Part shown: positions 36,880-50,100 of the stretch, piece after piece
Position numbering within the stretch: position 1 is the first letter of the stretch
Layout of the letters: each line of letters opens with the position of its first letter
Origin: Malacoraja senta
Taxonomy: Eukaryota
Length of the DNA: 64,000 bases
Reading direction: 5' to 3'
Assembly (NCBI GenBank): GCA_038087875.1
Contig: JAXLNO010000456.1
Span: 1-64,000 of the forward strand
Program-made: the position numbers and the translations under genes
Notes under the pieces: model-generated
What the model was told of the DNA's origin: nothing
What the model saw: the letters and a program-made list of their open reading frames with translations, nothing else
Databases searched by the model: none

Positions 36880-38408
36880 AGTTTACAAAAGTCGGACGTG
36901 ACTCCAGAAGTCTGGCATAAGTCAGTCAGTCCACAAGCCGTGATTCAGTCTGTCAGTTCAGAGGCCATGAGTGAGTGAGACAGTCCAGAGACCATGAGTT
37001 AGTCCCAAGGCAGCGAGTGAGTCCAGAGGCCATGAGTAGGTCGCTCACCACCTCCCCTCCCCACTGACATCCCCCACCACAAGACGCTGCCCTCCGCCTG
37101 GCTATAGGATGCTCCCCCTCCTGAAGCCGCCCCCATCCCCCGCTGCAGGACACCCCCCCTCCCTCATCAGCCGACGAGAGCCTCCGCCTGAAGCCGTCCC
37201 CCTCCCTCGGCTGCGGGACGTTTGTCACCCCCACCCCACCTCGACAGCCCCCGCCTCAAAAAAATGTTTTGCACAAATTCTTCAGTGGATTGAGAATTAC
37301 AACAAAACAATGGAATTCTTTAATTTGCCACAACCAAGAAATGGAAGGATGCACCTTGATGATGACAATCTAGAATTGCTGCAGGAATTGCTATACGATA
37401 GAACTGAACAACAGCAATTTGTTGAGGAGAATGGGCCTCTGCTGAATGCTGAGCAGAGAGCAGTGTGTGCACTCAATTTAACAGAAGGTGAAGACATTCC
37501 CCTTCAGCTGATCCAATTCCCCATTCAATCAAGGTTTGCTATGACGATCCATAAAGCACAAGGACAAACAATGCAGAAGGTAAGAGTCATTCACATTTTA
37601 AACTTTACTAAATCATTTTCCACTTTTCATGCCTGCGTGTTCTTCATCACAATGGGAACCTAATAGGCAGGAATGGATGATCTGTGGGAGAGCCACTAAA
37701 AGTGCATGGGGGAGGTTGTGGGGAGATGGACTGAATGCGTGGGGGGGAGGGGAATGGCAAGGAGCAGAGTGGGGGGGGGGGGTGAAGGGAGGAGTGGTGA
37801 CTGAGTGAACTGCCAGCGTACCAGGCGTGAATGACTGCACAGCCAGCCTACCGGCAGTGAGTAAGTGAACTGCCAGCCCACCAGCTACAAGTGACTGAAC
37901 TGCCAGCCCACCAGCAGTGAGTGAATGAGCTGCCAGCCCACCAGCAGTGAGTGGCTGCGCTACCAGCCCACCAGCCGTGAGTGACTGCACTGCCAGCCAA
38001 CCTGCTGTAAGTGACTGAACTGCCAGCCCACCAGCCGTGAGTGACTGAACTGCCAGCCCAATAATCCATTCAGTCCACCCTCTCCCCCTTCACTCTCACA
38101 GTCTGTCATCTGTTTTGGGCAGAATTGCTGGCAGTTTCTCAAGTGCCAGCCTGTCAGGTCTGAGTGACTGCACTGACAGGCCTCAGTGACTTAGCTGCCA
38201 GCCCAAGAATCAATTTGGCCCACAATGTCCATACTAGCCCTCTGGAAACCTGTCCCTTCGGCCCACAACACCCATATTAGCGCAACAGAAAGCTCACCCC
38301 CCCCCCCACTGTCCAACAATATTGGAATTGGAAGGGAGGTGGAATATTGCGCTCGGTGACCAGCCCTCCCGTGTGATGCTGGGACCCAACGGGTCCCACT
38401 TAGTCTAG
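36880..38408 (+). mobile_element. Non-autonomous Helitron remnant, copy 1 (5' boundary uncertain)
   Basis: Pif1-type helicase fragments LNAEQRAV and QFPIQSRFAMTIHKAQGQT; 3' hairpin GGGACCC-AAC-GGGTCCC (38381-38397) then CTAG|T (38405-38409). Confidence 0.8.
37797..38060. repeat. ~30-bp minisatellite (gtgagtgactgaactgccagcccaccagcc)
   Basis: About 8-9 degenerate tandem units. Confidence 0.88.
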
Positions 38409-38639
38409 TTGTTAGCTGTTAATTGGACATAATCAACCTCAGCAAATTGACAATATCCTATTGAAAGGGAGTGGGTGTTTAAGCTGTCAGGACATTTTAT
38501 TTTTTGCCAAAATATACATCTCAATAGCATAATCGTAAATCTGGAGATTTTTTAAATGATAAATTTAGCTTCAGAAGCGTTTTCTTTTAGCATGTAAAAA
38601 CCCACTTCAGAACCATGGGCGACTTTCAAATGTTACACC

Positions 38640-39103
38640 CAGATTTATCACTTCTGAAACCTTTTAGATACCAAAGGAATCAGGAAAAAAACCACATATA
38701 ATGCCTTACTGTTGATGAAATGCGGTGAGCAAAGGCGAGAATTCCCAATATTTTCAATCTCGATATCTGTACGGCCAATGTTCGCCAAGCACTTTAGCTG
38801 TTGTTGTCCCTTCAGCTCTCGCTTCTCTTTACCATCATATCTCGTCACTTTTGGAATTCTGAAGTAGGATAGATGTCTCTCACACACACACAGACACATA
38901 CTCACTTCTGAAAACATTTTTAAAAAGCCATGACAAACAATTTTGCAAACACTTTACAACCAATACATTTTCTGAAAACATTTGTTTTAAAGCCAGGACA
39001 AACAATTTTGCAAATGTTTTACAACCGTTGAGGGGACTCACCGTCAGTACTCCAGTTGGCTTAGCGTAGCAGCAGTACGTGTCACGGGTCGTGCAACCTC
39101 CCT
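38640..39103 (-). mobile_element. THAP-containing DNA transposon remnant, copy 2
   Basis: ERHLSYFRIPKV..KCLANI..LCSPHF; terminus cgtgcaacctccct followed by AT. Confidence 0.65.
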
Positions 39104-39535
39104 ATATGTGTGTGTGTGTGTCTGTGTGTGTCTGTGAGTGTGTGTGTGTCTGTGGAATGTGAGTGAGTCTGTGTGAGTGAGTTAGTGTGAGTGAGTCTGT
39201 GTGTGTCTGTCTGTGTGTGTGTGAGTGTGTGTATGTCTGTGTGTGTGTGAGTGTGTGCCTGAGAGTGTGTTTGTGTATATATGTGTGTGTGTGTGTGTGA
39301 GAGTCTGTGTGTGTGAGAGAGAGTGTGTGTGTGTGAGAGTCTGTGTGTGTGTGTCTGAGAGTGTGAGAATCTGTGTGTAAGTCTGTGAGTCTGTGTGAGT
39401 GAGTCTGTCTGTGTGCGTGAGTCTCTGTGTGTGTGTGTGTGAGCCTGTGTGTGTGTGTGTGTGTGTGTGCGTGTGTGTGTGTGTGAGAGAGAGTCTGTGG
39501 CTGAATGTCTGTGTGAGGTGGAGGATGTGTGTATG
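39104..39535. repeat. Degenerate (TG)n microsatellite
   Basis: Directly visible. Confidence 0.92.
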
Positions 39536-39659
39536 ATCAACAAATAACAAATAGTACAAATAAAATAGTATTTCGTAGTTCAGAGCTTACTTGTTATATT
39601 TAATAGCCTGATGGCTGTCCGGAAGAAGCTGTTCCTCAATGTGGATGTTACAGTTTTCA

Positions 39660-40683
39660 GTTTACAAAAGTCGGACGTGACTCCAGAAGTCTGGCATAAG
39701 TCAGTCAGTCCACAAGCCATGATTCAGTCTGTCAGTCCAGAGGCCATGAGTGAGTGAGTCAGTCAGTCCAGAGACCATGAGTTAGTCCCAAGGCAGTGAG
39801 TGAGTCCAGGGGTGGAAGATTGCAACCTTCACGTGGTCAGCCCTGTTTCGACTAATGCAATCAACTCGACGTGCACAAACGGAAGATCAAATAGAACAAG
39901 TTGTCCAACAACTTTAAGTCAAGTCAAGTCATCACATTTATTTATATAGCACCTTTAAAAAACAACTCTAGTTGGCCAAAGTGCTTTACATTTGTTATAA
40001 GAATGATATAAACAAACAAACTACATACATATATACATATAACCCTCGCTCAGAGTACGTCAAGAAAGGCTTGGGAGTCTAGATAAGTTTTTAGTCTTGA
40101 CTTAAAGGCGTCGATGGAGGGGGTAGTTCTGATGGGAAGGGGGATGCTGTTCCACAGTCTAGGAGCTACACCCGCAAAGGCACGGTCACCCCTGAGCTTA
40201 TGCCTAGACCGCGGGATATTCAGCAATCCCAAGTCGGCCGATCTGAGGGACCTGGAGTTGGAGTGGTGGGTGAGAAGACTTTTAATGTAGGTGGGGGCAA
40301 GCCCATTGAGGGCTTTGTAGACATAGAGGAGGACTTTGAAATGTATACAGAACCGCACAGGGAGCCAGTGGAGAGAGGCCAGGATCGGGGTGATGTGGTC
40401 CCTTTTTCCGGTGCCCGTCAGGAGTCTCGCTGCGGCGTTTTGGACCAGTTGCAGGCGGGACAGGGGAGATTGGCTGATGCCAGTGTAAAGGGAGTTGCAG
40501 TAATGTAGGCGGGAGGAGATAAATGTGTGGATGATCTTTTCGAGGTCATCAAAGTGGAGGAATTGTTTTATTTTAGCTATCGTCCGAAGCTGAAAGAAGC
40601 TAGCTTTTACCACGCATTGACTTGTTTGTCAAATTTCAGTGCTGAGTCAAATATCACACCAAGGTTTTTGACGTGAGGTTTGA

Positions 40684-40716
<33 letters not shown>

Positions 40717-42562
40717 GATTTTATTTATACAGCGCTTTTCAGGACTCAAAGTCGCTTGAGTGGGGTAAGGCTTCCAAGGCTGCCTGCTATCATTTTGATT
40801 GAGTCCGAGGGGCCGAGAAGGATGACCTCAGACTTACTCTCATTTAGTCGGAGGAAGTTCTGGGCCATCCAACACTTTATATCCTCGAGGCAGCGGGTAA
40901 GGTTAAGCAGATTTGATTGGTTTTTGGGTTTCAGAGGGAGATAGAGTTGTGTATCGTCTGCGTAGCAATGGAAGGAAATGCCGTGCCTTTCAATGACTTG
41001 GCCTAAGGGGAGCATATACAGGGAGAAGAGAATGGGGCCAAGGATGGAACGTTGTGGAACCCCACAGCAGAGATTAGATGGGAAGGAGAAAGAGTTGCCT
41101 ATGTTAGTCGAGAAATTCCTACCTTTGAGGTAAGAGATGAACCAGCTCAGGGCACTTTAGGCTGTGCACGCCACACGAAAGAAGAAGAAGAGTGAGTCCA
41201 GAGGCCATGAGTGGGTCGCTCACCAGCCCCCCCCCCCTCCCCCCACTTGCATCCCCACCTCAAGACGCTGCCCTCTGCCTGGCTATAGGATGCTCCCGCT
41301 CCTGAAGCCGCCCCCATCCCCCACTGCAGGACACCCCCTCCCTCATCGGCCCATGAGAGCCCACGCCTGAAGCCATCCCCCTCCCTCAGTTGCAGGGCGT
41401 TTGCCACCCCCACCCCATCCCGACAGCCCCCGCCTCAAAAAAATGTTTTGCACAAATTCTTCAGTGAGTCCAGACGATTGAGAATTACAACAAATTATAA
41501 CCGCTCCATCTCTCTATATTGAAATTGTCTCTTTTTTTTAATCAACAGCAAATAGCCATCAAGAGGCAGTGAGCAGCAGAACACAACAACAGACAAAACA
41601 AGAAAGAACTTAATAATTCTCATCTTTAACATTTAAATTGTTCTTATATTTTAAGAGTAATTCACATTTTAAACTTTAATAAATAATTTTTCCACTTTTC
41701 ATGCCTGCGTATTCTTCATCACAATGGGAACCTAATAGGCAGGAATGGCTGCTCTGTGGGAGAGCCACTAAGAGTGCTTTGGGGGAGGTTGGTGGGAGAT
41801 GGGCTGAATGTGTGGGGGGGAGGGGAATGTCAAGGGGCAGAGTGGGGCAATGAAGGGAGGAGGGATGACTGAGTGAACTGCCAGCATACCAGCTGTAAGT
41901 GACTGAACTGCCAGCCCACCAGCTGTAAGTGACTGAACTGCCAGCCTACCAGGCGTGACTGCACTGCCAGCCCACCAGCCGTGAGTGACTGCACTGCCAA
42001 CCCACCAGCCGTGAGTGACTGCACTGCCAGCCCACCAGCCCTGAGGAAGTCAACTGCCAGCCCACCAGCCGTGAGTGAGTGAACTGCCAGCGCACCAGCT
42101 GTGTGACTGAACTGCCAGCCTACCTGCCGTGAGTGACTGCACTGCCAGCCTGCCAGCCCACCGGCCCTGAGTAAGAGAACTGCCAGCCAACCAGCCATGA
42201 CTCACTGAACTGCCGGCCCAATAATCCATTCAGGCCACCCTCTCCCCTTTCTCACTCACAGAGTCTGTCACCTGTTTTGGCACAATTTCTGGCAGTTTCT
42301 CAGCTGCCAGCCTGCCAGGTCTGAGTGACAGTACTGCCAGGCCTCAGTGACTGAGCTGCCAGCCCAAAAATCCATTCGGCCCACAATGTTCATACTAGCC
42401 CTCTGGAAACCGGCCCACAACACCCATAATAGCGCAACTGAAAGCCCCCCCACCCCACCCCACTGGGCAGCAATATTGGAATTGGTGGAGAGGTGGAATA
42501 TTGCGTTGGGTGACCAGCCCTTCCGTGTGATGCTGGGACTCAACGGGTCCCACTTAGTATAG
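39660..42562 (+). mobile_element. Helitron remnant, copy 2, interrupted by L2 insertion
   Basis: Collinear with 36880-38408; minisatellite 41866-42220; 3' hairpin gggactcaacgggtccc then ATAG|T. Confidence 0.72.
39915..41150 (-). mobile_element. L2 LINE 3' portion
   Basis: HCYADDTQLY, KASFFQLRTIAK, ISSRLHYCNSL, LQLVQNAAARLL, HITPILASLHWLPV, GDRAF; (gactt)n tail; a nested L2/SINE tail at ~40685-40757 with ttgagt TSD. Confidence 0.9.
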
Positions 42563-42924
42563 TAATTGACTAGAGAGCTCTTGCATTGCTCTCGGGCTGG
42601 ACAGGTGACTGGAAGTTCCAGTTTAATAGTTGGTAAGATTGGAATGCTATTTCGGGCAGGTTTTTATGTGTAAACTGTAGCTTTAAAACACACAGCATGG
42701 AGGCAGGCCCTTCGGCGCACAGAGTCCACTCTGACCACCGACCCTCTATTCACAGTCTTTCTATGTCATTCCACTTTCTCACGCCTGCACACGAGGGGCA
42801 TTTTAGAAGGGGGCAATTAACCCACAACTGGCGCAAGCCGCAACTGGAGCCCCCGGAGGAACCCCCGTGGTCACAGAGAGAACATGCAAACTCTACATGG
42901 AGTCATAGTGTGGAAACTCTACAT

Positions 42925-43270
42925 GGAGTCATACAGTGTGGAAACAGGCCCTTCGGCCCAACTTGCTGACACCAGCCGACATGTCCCAGCTACACCAGTG
43001 CCACCTGCCTGCGTTTGGCCCATATCCCTCCAAACCTGTCCTATCCATGTACCTGTCTAACTGTTTCTTAAACGTGGGGATAGTTCCAGCCTCAACTACC
43101 TCCTCTGGCAGCTTGTTCCATACACCCACCACCCTTTGTGTGAAAAATGTGCCATGCAGATTCCTTATTTCTTAATTAGAGTCCCAGCTTATCCAACCTC
43201 TAGAATAGAAGTCTATCCAGCCTACTCAACCTCTCCCTATAGCTCAGACCCTCTAGTCCTGGCAACATCT
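42925..43270 (-). mobile_element. CR1 3' fragment
   Basis: VGVWNKLPEEVVEAG..FKKQLDRYMD, gggccgaagggcctgtttcc tail. Confidence 0.78.
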
Positions 43271-43279
43271 TCGTAAATT

Positions 43280-44395
43280 TTTGGTCCCCTAATTTGTTTT
43301 GGTCTCCTAATTTGAAGAAGGACATTCTTGCTATTTAGGGAGTGCAGCTTCGGTTAATTCCTGGGATGGCCCGACTGTCATATGCTGAGAGAATGGAGCG
43401 GCTGGGCTTGGCTACTCTGGAATTTAGAAGGATGAGAGGATATCTTATTGAAACATATAAGATTATTAAGGGTTTGGACACGCTAGAGGCAGGAATGTTC
43501 CCGATGTTGGGTGAGTCCAGAACTAGGGGCCACAGATTAAAAATAAGGGGTAAGCCTTTTAGAACGGAGATGAGGAATCACTTTTTCACACAGAGAGTTG
43601 TGAGTCTGTGGAATTATCTACCTCAGAAGGCAGTGGAGGCCAATTCTCTGTAGGCTTTCAAGAGATGGAGCTCTTAAATAGAGCGGAGTCAGGGGATATA
43701 GGGGGGCTGCACGTAACGTCATCGGGTCAAAGGGCGTGACGCACGGAGCAGCTCAATCCTCCTGGAGGACATGGCGGCCTCGGCACACACTTAACACACG
43801 GAACGCGTACCTTCTTAACTGTTAAAAACCGCCGAAATTGACTTTTTTCCGCTATAAATATGTGTGGGTGCTGTCATTGAAAGCGGGAAGGTTTCCTATG
43901 AACCCGAGCACCAAGGTGTAAGCGGCCGAAGGAGCGCATCCCTCGGGACAGCCCCCACTCTCCCCCGGGGTCAGCGCTGTCCGGCCACGGCTGCCCTCCG
44001 TCCCGTCTCCCTCTGTGGGCCGCACTGTCACGGGGCTGTAGGTCGGAAGCGCACACACACGGGGCCGGGGCCGGGGCCGAGGCTGGGGTGGAGCGGATCC
44101 GGGGCAGGGGCGGAGCCGATCCGGGGGTGAGTGGGTCCGGGGCCGGGGCGGTGAGGGTCCGGGGCCGGGGTGGTAAAGTAAATGCTTACCTGCAGTTCAC
44201 CGCGTGTCCTCCAGTTGCCGTTGCGTGGCAACAGTACGGGTGACGGGTCGTGACCTCGACTCCGTGCAACCTCCCTGTGGCGAGAAGGCAGGAACGGGGT
44301 ACTGAGTGTGGATGATCAGCCATGATCACATTAAATGGCGGTGCTGGCTCGGAAGGGCCGAATGGCCTACTCCTGCACCTATTGTCTATTGTCTG
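43280..44395 (+). mobile_element. CR1 3' fragment split by MITE
   Basis: RT end 43342-43653; tcaggggatat|...|gtggcgagaaggcagg resumes CR1 3' UTR. Confidence 0.82.
43700..44276. mobile_element. MITE with 14-bp TIRs (ISL2EU/Harbinger-related)
   Basis: Left AGGGGGGCTGCACG versus right reverse-complement AGGGAGGTTGCACG; flanks AT/GT; right end shared with THAP remnants. Confidence 0.72.
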
Positions 44396-44586
44396 TTGAA
44401 AGAGGAGGTGTTGTTCCTCGAGTTTGCGTGTGGTCTCACTCTGACAGTGGAGGAGGCCCAGGGCAAAAAGGTTGCTCTGGGAATGTGAGAGGGAGTTAAA
44501 ATTTCCTCGGGTTTAGAGTTGGTCCCTGACAGTGCAGCGCGTTGATTGGACAATCGCGGTACCTCAGGTGTGTTTAGCGCCTCCCC

Positions 44587-44605
44587 GAAAGTGAAGTCAG
44601 GAAGT
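44587..44605 (+). promoter_or_regulatory. IRF-like + ETS motif upstream of TRIM-B
   Basis: GAAAGTGAAGT and GGAAGT immediately 5' of ATG 44613. Confidence 0.4.
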
Positions 44606-44612
44606 GGCGAGA

Positions 44613-45023
44613 ATGGCTGTCGAACAGCAGGTTGAGAGTTTACCCGAAGAACTAATTTGTCCCGTCTGCCTAGATATCTTCACCGATCCGGTGTCCCTGC
44701 AGTGCGGCCACAACTTCTGCCGCTCCTGCATCACACAGTGTTGGGAAAGAGAGGGGAGAAACTCCTGCCCGGAATGTAGAGCGGAGTTTGCAGACCGCAC
44801 CCTCACTGTGAATTGGGCCTTTTCAAGTCTGGCTGAGAAAACTCACAAATTAAATCTGAATCAGAAAGAGAAGGAAAGTAAACTTCACTGCGAGAAACAT
44901 CAGGAAGAACTGAAGCTGTTTTGTGAAACGGACAAGAAATTGATCTGTTTGATTTGTCGACACGCGCGGGAACACAGAAAGCACCGCTTCATACCGGTAG
45001 AAGAAGCTGTTGAAAACTACAAG
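44613..45023 (+). CDS. TRIM-B exon 1 (RING + B-box), TRIM39/NF7/A33-like
   Basis: [60 protein letters not shown]|gtaaaa; 411 nt. Confidence 0.93.
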
Positions 45024-45122
45024 GTAAAAGCAAACATCTTATGATCACATCAATTCTACAGCGTTTTTTCTCATGCACAACTCTTTCATTTCGCTTTTTC
45101 TTTTTTGCAAACCCATTTTCAG

Positions 45123-45218
45123 GCTCAGGTGAAATCTTCCATAGAATCTCTCACGAAAAAAAATTCTGAGATGCAGGAAATGGAACAATTGCAGAAAACA
45201 AAGATTTCTGGAGTTAGG
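45123..45218 (+). CDS. TRIM-B exon 2 (96 nt)
   Basis: ttcag|GCT CAG GTG AAA...GTT AGG|gtaagg, open. Confidence 0.9.
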
Positions 45219-45301
45219 GTAAGGTCTCCGCCTTCGCTGTGTGATCCCGTGCAGATTTATCCCCCTTGTGGCAATAAAAAATATCCACATTCTCTTCACA
45301 G

Positions 45302-45535
45302 GAACAATCCCGCAGTCTGCAGTCCCACATCACATCACACTTCACTAAAAAGCGGCAAATTCTCGCTGAGGAAGAGCAGCGTTTACTCAAAGATCTCAGG
45401 GAAGCAGAGGCGAAGAGTCTAGATATAATGGAGAAAAATCTTCAAGCAATTCAAGCGAACTTAAATTCCATGCAGGAGAAACTCACAAAGCTACAGGAAC
45501 GGATTAATCAAAAAGACAGTGTGATATTTCTAATG
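45302..45535 (+). CDS. TRIM-B exon 3 (234 nt coiled-coil)
   Basis: cacag|GAA CAA TCC...EEEQRLLKDLRE..MEKNLQAIQ..VIFLM|gtgag, open. Confidence 0.9.
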
Positions 45536-46663
45536 GTGAGAATTTCTTTTCATTTTAGGCCAAACCAAGTGTCCACAGAAAATGCACAACTTCCCGGGAA
45601 TAAGTGGAGACCTTGAAACTAAATGTTTGATTGTCCCTCTGTTTCCCAAGCTACACATTACATTTAAACTGACACAGAAATTCAGGTACACTTGCCTGCT
45701 GTGAGTGTGTCTGGTGTAGCGGGTGTGAGAGGCAGTGCATGAATTAATGGGAACTGACATTCAGTTACAGACCTTGACACTTATGCCATATATATATAAT
45801 CTAAAACCTGTTTGTAAAATCAGTGTTTGATAACTTTGGGGTGTTTTGTATGAAATCCTTTGATAATGTAAAATCTATTATCAAAACGTTCCTTTTAAAT
45901 TTGCAAGTAAATATGTCCCGTGTTGTAGAGCTTTACTGTCCATTTAATTCATATATTTTCTTCATCTTTGTTTTTATCAATAGGACAAAAAAGATAGGAG
46001 TAGAATTAGGCTCATCAAGTCGACGTGACCATTCAATCATGGATGGCCTATCTCTACCTCCTAACACCATTCTCCTGCCTTCTCCCCATAACCTCTGACA
46101 CACGTACTAATCAATAATCTATCTATCTTTGCCTTAAAAATATCCACTGACGGACTCCACAGCCTTCTGTGGCAAATAATTTCACAGATTTACCACTTTC
46201 GGACAAGGTAATTCTCCTCATCTGCTTCCTATAAGAACGTCTTTTAATTCTGAGGCAATGACTTCTTGTCCTAAACTCTCCCACTCGTGGCAACATTCTC
46301 TCTATATCCACACTATCCGAGCCTTTCACTGTTCTGTATGTTTCAATGAGGTCCCCCCTCATCTTCTAAACTACAGCGAGTATAGTCCCAGTGCTGACAA
46401 TCACTCAATATATGTTCACCTACTCATTCCTGGGAACATTTTGCACACCTCCTCTGAACCCTCTCCAGAGCCAGCACATCCTTCCTCAGATATGATGCCC
46501 ATATGATTCCTTAACCTTCCTGAGGCATTCTCGTGCTATCAGTGTGTCAGAAGCTGTGTTAGTGGAGAATTTCCAGCAACTTGCAACAATGAGTAGATAA
46601 TATTATTGTTCGGTTGTGTGTGGTCAGTGTACATCAATAAAACATGTATTTGTTTGATTTCAG

Positions 46664-46686
46664 GAGGAAATTAGTCGGAAGAGGAG
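46664..46686 (+). CDS. TRIM-B exon 4 (23 nt)
   Basis: ttcag|GAGGAAATTAGTCGGAAGAGGAG|gtagg. Confidence 0.87.
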
Positions 46687-46786
46687 GTAGGAAATGTTCT
46701 TAACTAAAACATGCATAATTTTATTAAAAAAAGAACTCAGACGATCACTGTAGTTCATTTTGTAACCCAGCTGCTTTTACTTACAG

Positions 46787-46905
46787 GGTTAGTGATGAGG
46801 AACTGACGTTGTCAGTAGCAGATGGGGCACCGGAAGTTGCAAAATTCGATCACCCCTTTTTATTGAACAGAGTGTTCAGCGAAATGTCCTGTTGTATTCC
46901 GCAAG
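46787..46905 (+). CDS. TRIM-B exon 5 (119 nt)
   Basis: tacag|G GTT AGT GAT GAG...KFDHPFLLNRVFSE...CAA G|gtaat; phase compatible with exon at 63007. Confidence 0.87.
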
Positions 46906-47146
46906 GTAATGTTGATATAATTTATTTGTTCTGATACATTAGAGATCGCTAGGTGTTAGTTGGATACAGAGAGTGATATGAATAAGGGACACTTTAATTA
47001 AAACATGCATGCCTCCTCCGAACTAAACTAAAAGGCTAACAGCTTGTGCGCAAGAATCCCAGCAGCGACCATGCCTCCGACTACGTAATAAATCCCACCC
47101 GCATAGTTACAGGTAGACAATATTTAAAGGCAAATGCCATAATTTC

Positions 47147-50100
47147 TAGAAACATAGAAAATAGGTGCAGGAGGAAGCCATTGGGCCCTTCGAGCCAACA
47201 CCGCCATTCATTGTGATCATGGCTGATCGTCTCCTCTCAATTACCCGTGCCTGCCTTCTCCCCATACCCCTTGATTCCACTAGCCCCATGAGCTCTATCT
47301 AACTCTCTCTTAAATCCATCCAGTGACTTGGTCTCCACTGCCCTCTGTGGCAGGGAATTCCATAAATTCACAACTCTGTTGGTGAAAACATTTTTTCTCA
47401 CCTCAGTCTTAAATGACCTCCCCTTTATTCTAAGACTATGGCCCCTGGTTCTGGACTCGCCCCACATTGGGAACTTTTTACCTGCATCTAGATTGTCCAG
47501 TCCTTTTATATTTGTATATGTTTCCATAAGATCCCCCTCATCCTTCTAAACTCCAGTGAATACAAGCCTAGTCTTTTCAATCTTTCCTCATATAACAGTC
47601 CCGCCATCCCAGGGATCAATCTCGTGAACCTACGCTTCACTGCTTCAATCACAAGTATGTCCTTCCTCAAATTAGGAGACCAAAACTGTACACAATACTC
47701 CAGATGTGGTCTCACCGGAGCCCTATACAACTGCAGATGAACCTCTTTACTGCTATACTGAAATCCTCTTGTTATGAAGGCCAACATTCCATTATCTTTC
47801 TTCACTGCCTGCTGTATCTGTAAGCCAACTTTCAGTGACCAGTGTACAAGGGCGCACAGGTCTCGCTGCAGCTCCCCCTTACCTAACCTAACCCCATTGA
47901 GATAATAATCTGCCCCCTTGTTTTTCCCGCCAAAGTGGATAACCTCACATTTATCTATATTATACTGCATCTGCCATGCATCTGCCCACTCACTCAACCT
48001 GTCCAGGTCACCCTGCAACCTCCTAACATCCTCTTCACAGCTCACACTGCCAGCCAGCTTTGTGTCAGCTGCAAACTTGCTAGTGTTGCTCCTAATTCCC
48101 TCTTCCAAATCGTTAATATATATGGTAAACTGTTGCGGCCATAACGCCGAGCTTGCGGTACTCCACTCGCCACTGCCTGCCATTCTGAAAAAGACCCGTT
48201 CACTCCTACACTTTGCTTCCGGTCTGCCAACCAATTATCTATCCATGTCAGCACCCTACCCCCAATACCATGTGCTCTAAATTTAGTCACCAGTCTCCCG
48301 TGCGGGACTTTATCAAAGGCTTTCTGAAAGTCTAGATACACTACATCCACTGGCACCCCTTCATCCATTTTACTTGTCACATCCTCAAAAAATTCCAGAA
48401 GATTAGTCAAGCATGATTTCCCTTTCATAAATCCATGATGACTTGGACTAATCCTTTTACTGCTATCCAAATGCCCCATTATTACCTCTTTAATAATTGA
48501 CTCCAGCATCTTTCCCACCACCGAATTCAGGCTAACTGGTCTGTAATTCCACGTTTTCTCTCTTGCTCCTTTCTTGAAAAGTGGGATAACATTAGCTATC
48601 CTCCAATCCACAGGAATTGATCGTGAATCTATTGAACATTGTAAAATGATCACCGATGCGTCCACTATTTCTAGAGCCACCTCCCGGAGGACCCTGGGAT
48701 GCAAACCATCAGGCCCAGGGGATTTATCATCCTTCAGTCCCATTAGCCTACCCAATACTATTTCTCGCCTAATGAAAATTTCTTTCAGTTCCTCTACCCC
48801 CTAGATCCTCTGTCCTCCAGTACATCTGGGAGATTGTTTGCATCTTCCTTAGTGAAGACAGATCCGAAGTACCTATTCAACACTTCTGCCATTTCCTTGT
48901 TGCCCATAATAATTTCACCCATGTCTGTCTTCAAGGGACCCATATTTGACTTTGCTACTCTTTTTCCCTTAACATATCTAAAGAAGCTTTTACTTTCCTT
49001 CTTTATATTCCTGGCCAGCTTCCCTTCGTACCTCATCTTTTCAGCCCGTATTGCCCGTTTTGTTTCCTACTATTGTTCTATGAAAGTATCCCAATCCTCT
49101 GACTTCCAGCTACTCTTTGCTGTGTTATACATCTTTTCTTTTCGTTTTGTTCTATCCCTAACTTCTCTTGTCAGCCACGCTTGCCTCCTACTCCCCTAGA
49201 ATATTTCTTCCATTTTGGAATGAAATGATCCTGCGTCTTCCGGATTATGCCCAGAAATTCCTGCCATTGCTGTTCCACAGTTATTTCCAGTCTACCTTGA
49301 CCAGCTCCCCTCTCATGCCTTCATAGTCCCCTTTCTTCAACTGCATCACTGACACTTCCGACTTAACGTTCTCCTTCTCAAATTGCAGATTAAAACTAAT
49401 CATATTATGATCACTACCTCCAAGCGGTTCCTTTACCTCGAGTTCTCTTATCATATCTGGTTCATTGAACAACACTAAATCCAGAATTGCCTTTTCTCTG
49501 GTCGGCTCCATTACAAGCTGCTCTTAGAATCCATCTCGGAGGCATTCAACAAACTCTCTTTCTTGGGGTCCTGAACCAACCTGATTTTCCCAGTTTACCT
49601 GCATATTGAAATCCCCCATCACCACAGTGGCATTACCTTTGTTACATGCCAGTTTTAACTCCTGCTGCAACGTACACCTACATCCAGGCTACTATTTGGG
49701 GGTCTGTAGATAACACCAATTAGTGTCTTCTTGCATTTACAATTCCTCAACTCAATCCACAGTGACTCTACCTCATCAGTCCCTGTGTCTTCCCTCGCAA
49801 GGGACTCAATTCAATCCCTCACCAGCAGAGCTACCCCCTCCTCTGCCCACCTGCCTGTCCTTTCTATAGGATGTATAACCCTGAATATTAAGTTCCCAGG
49901 CGCGATCCTCCTGCAGCCACGTCTCAGTAATCCCCACAATGTCATATCTACCAACATCTAACTGAGCCTCAAGCTCATCTACTTTACTTCATATACTTCG
50001 CGCATTCATATACAATACTTTTAATTCCTTACGCATCTCACCTTTCACATCGATCCCTATTACACTTGGACATACGCTCCTATCCCTTTGTGAGCTTCCT

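Noticed and set aside
37109..37663. Host PIF1 helicase gene
   Set aside because: Only two short fused fragments, lying within a Helitron-terminated repeat
37797..38060. ~30-bp repeats (also 41866-42220) as a CRISPR array
   Set aside because: Head-to-tail degenerate minisatellite without unique spacers, no cas genes, eukaryotic context
36425..39559. His/Thr- or Cys/Val-rich ORFs
   Set aside because: Translations of (TG)n/(CA)n microsatellites
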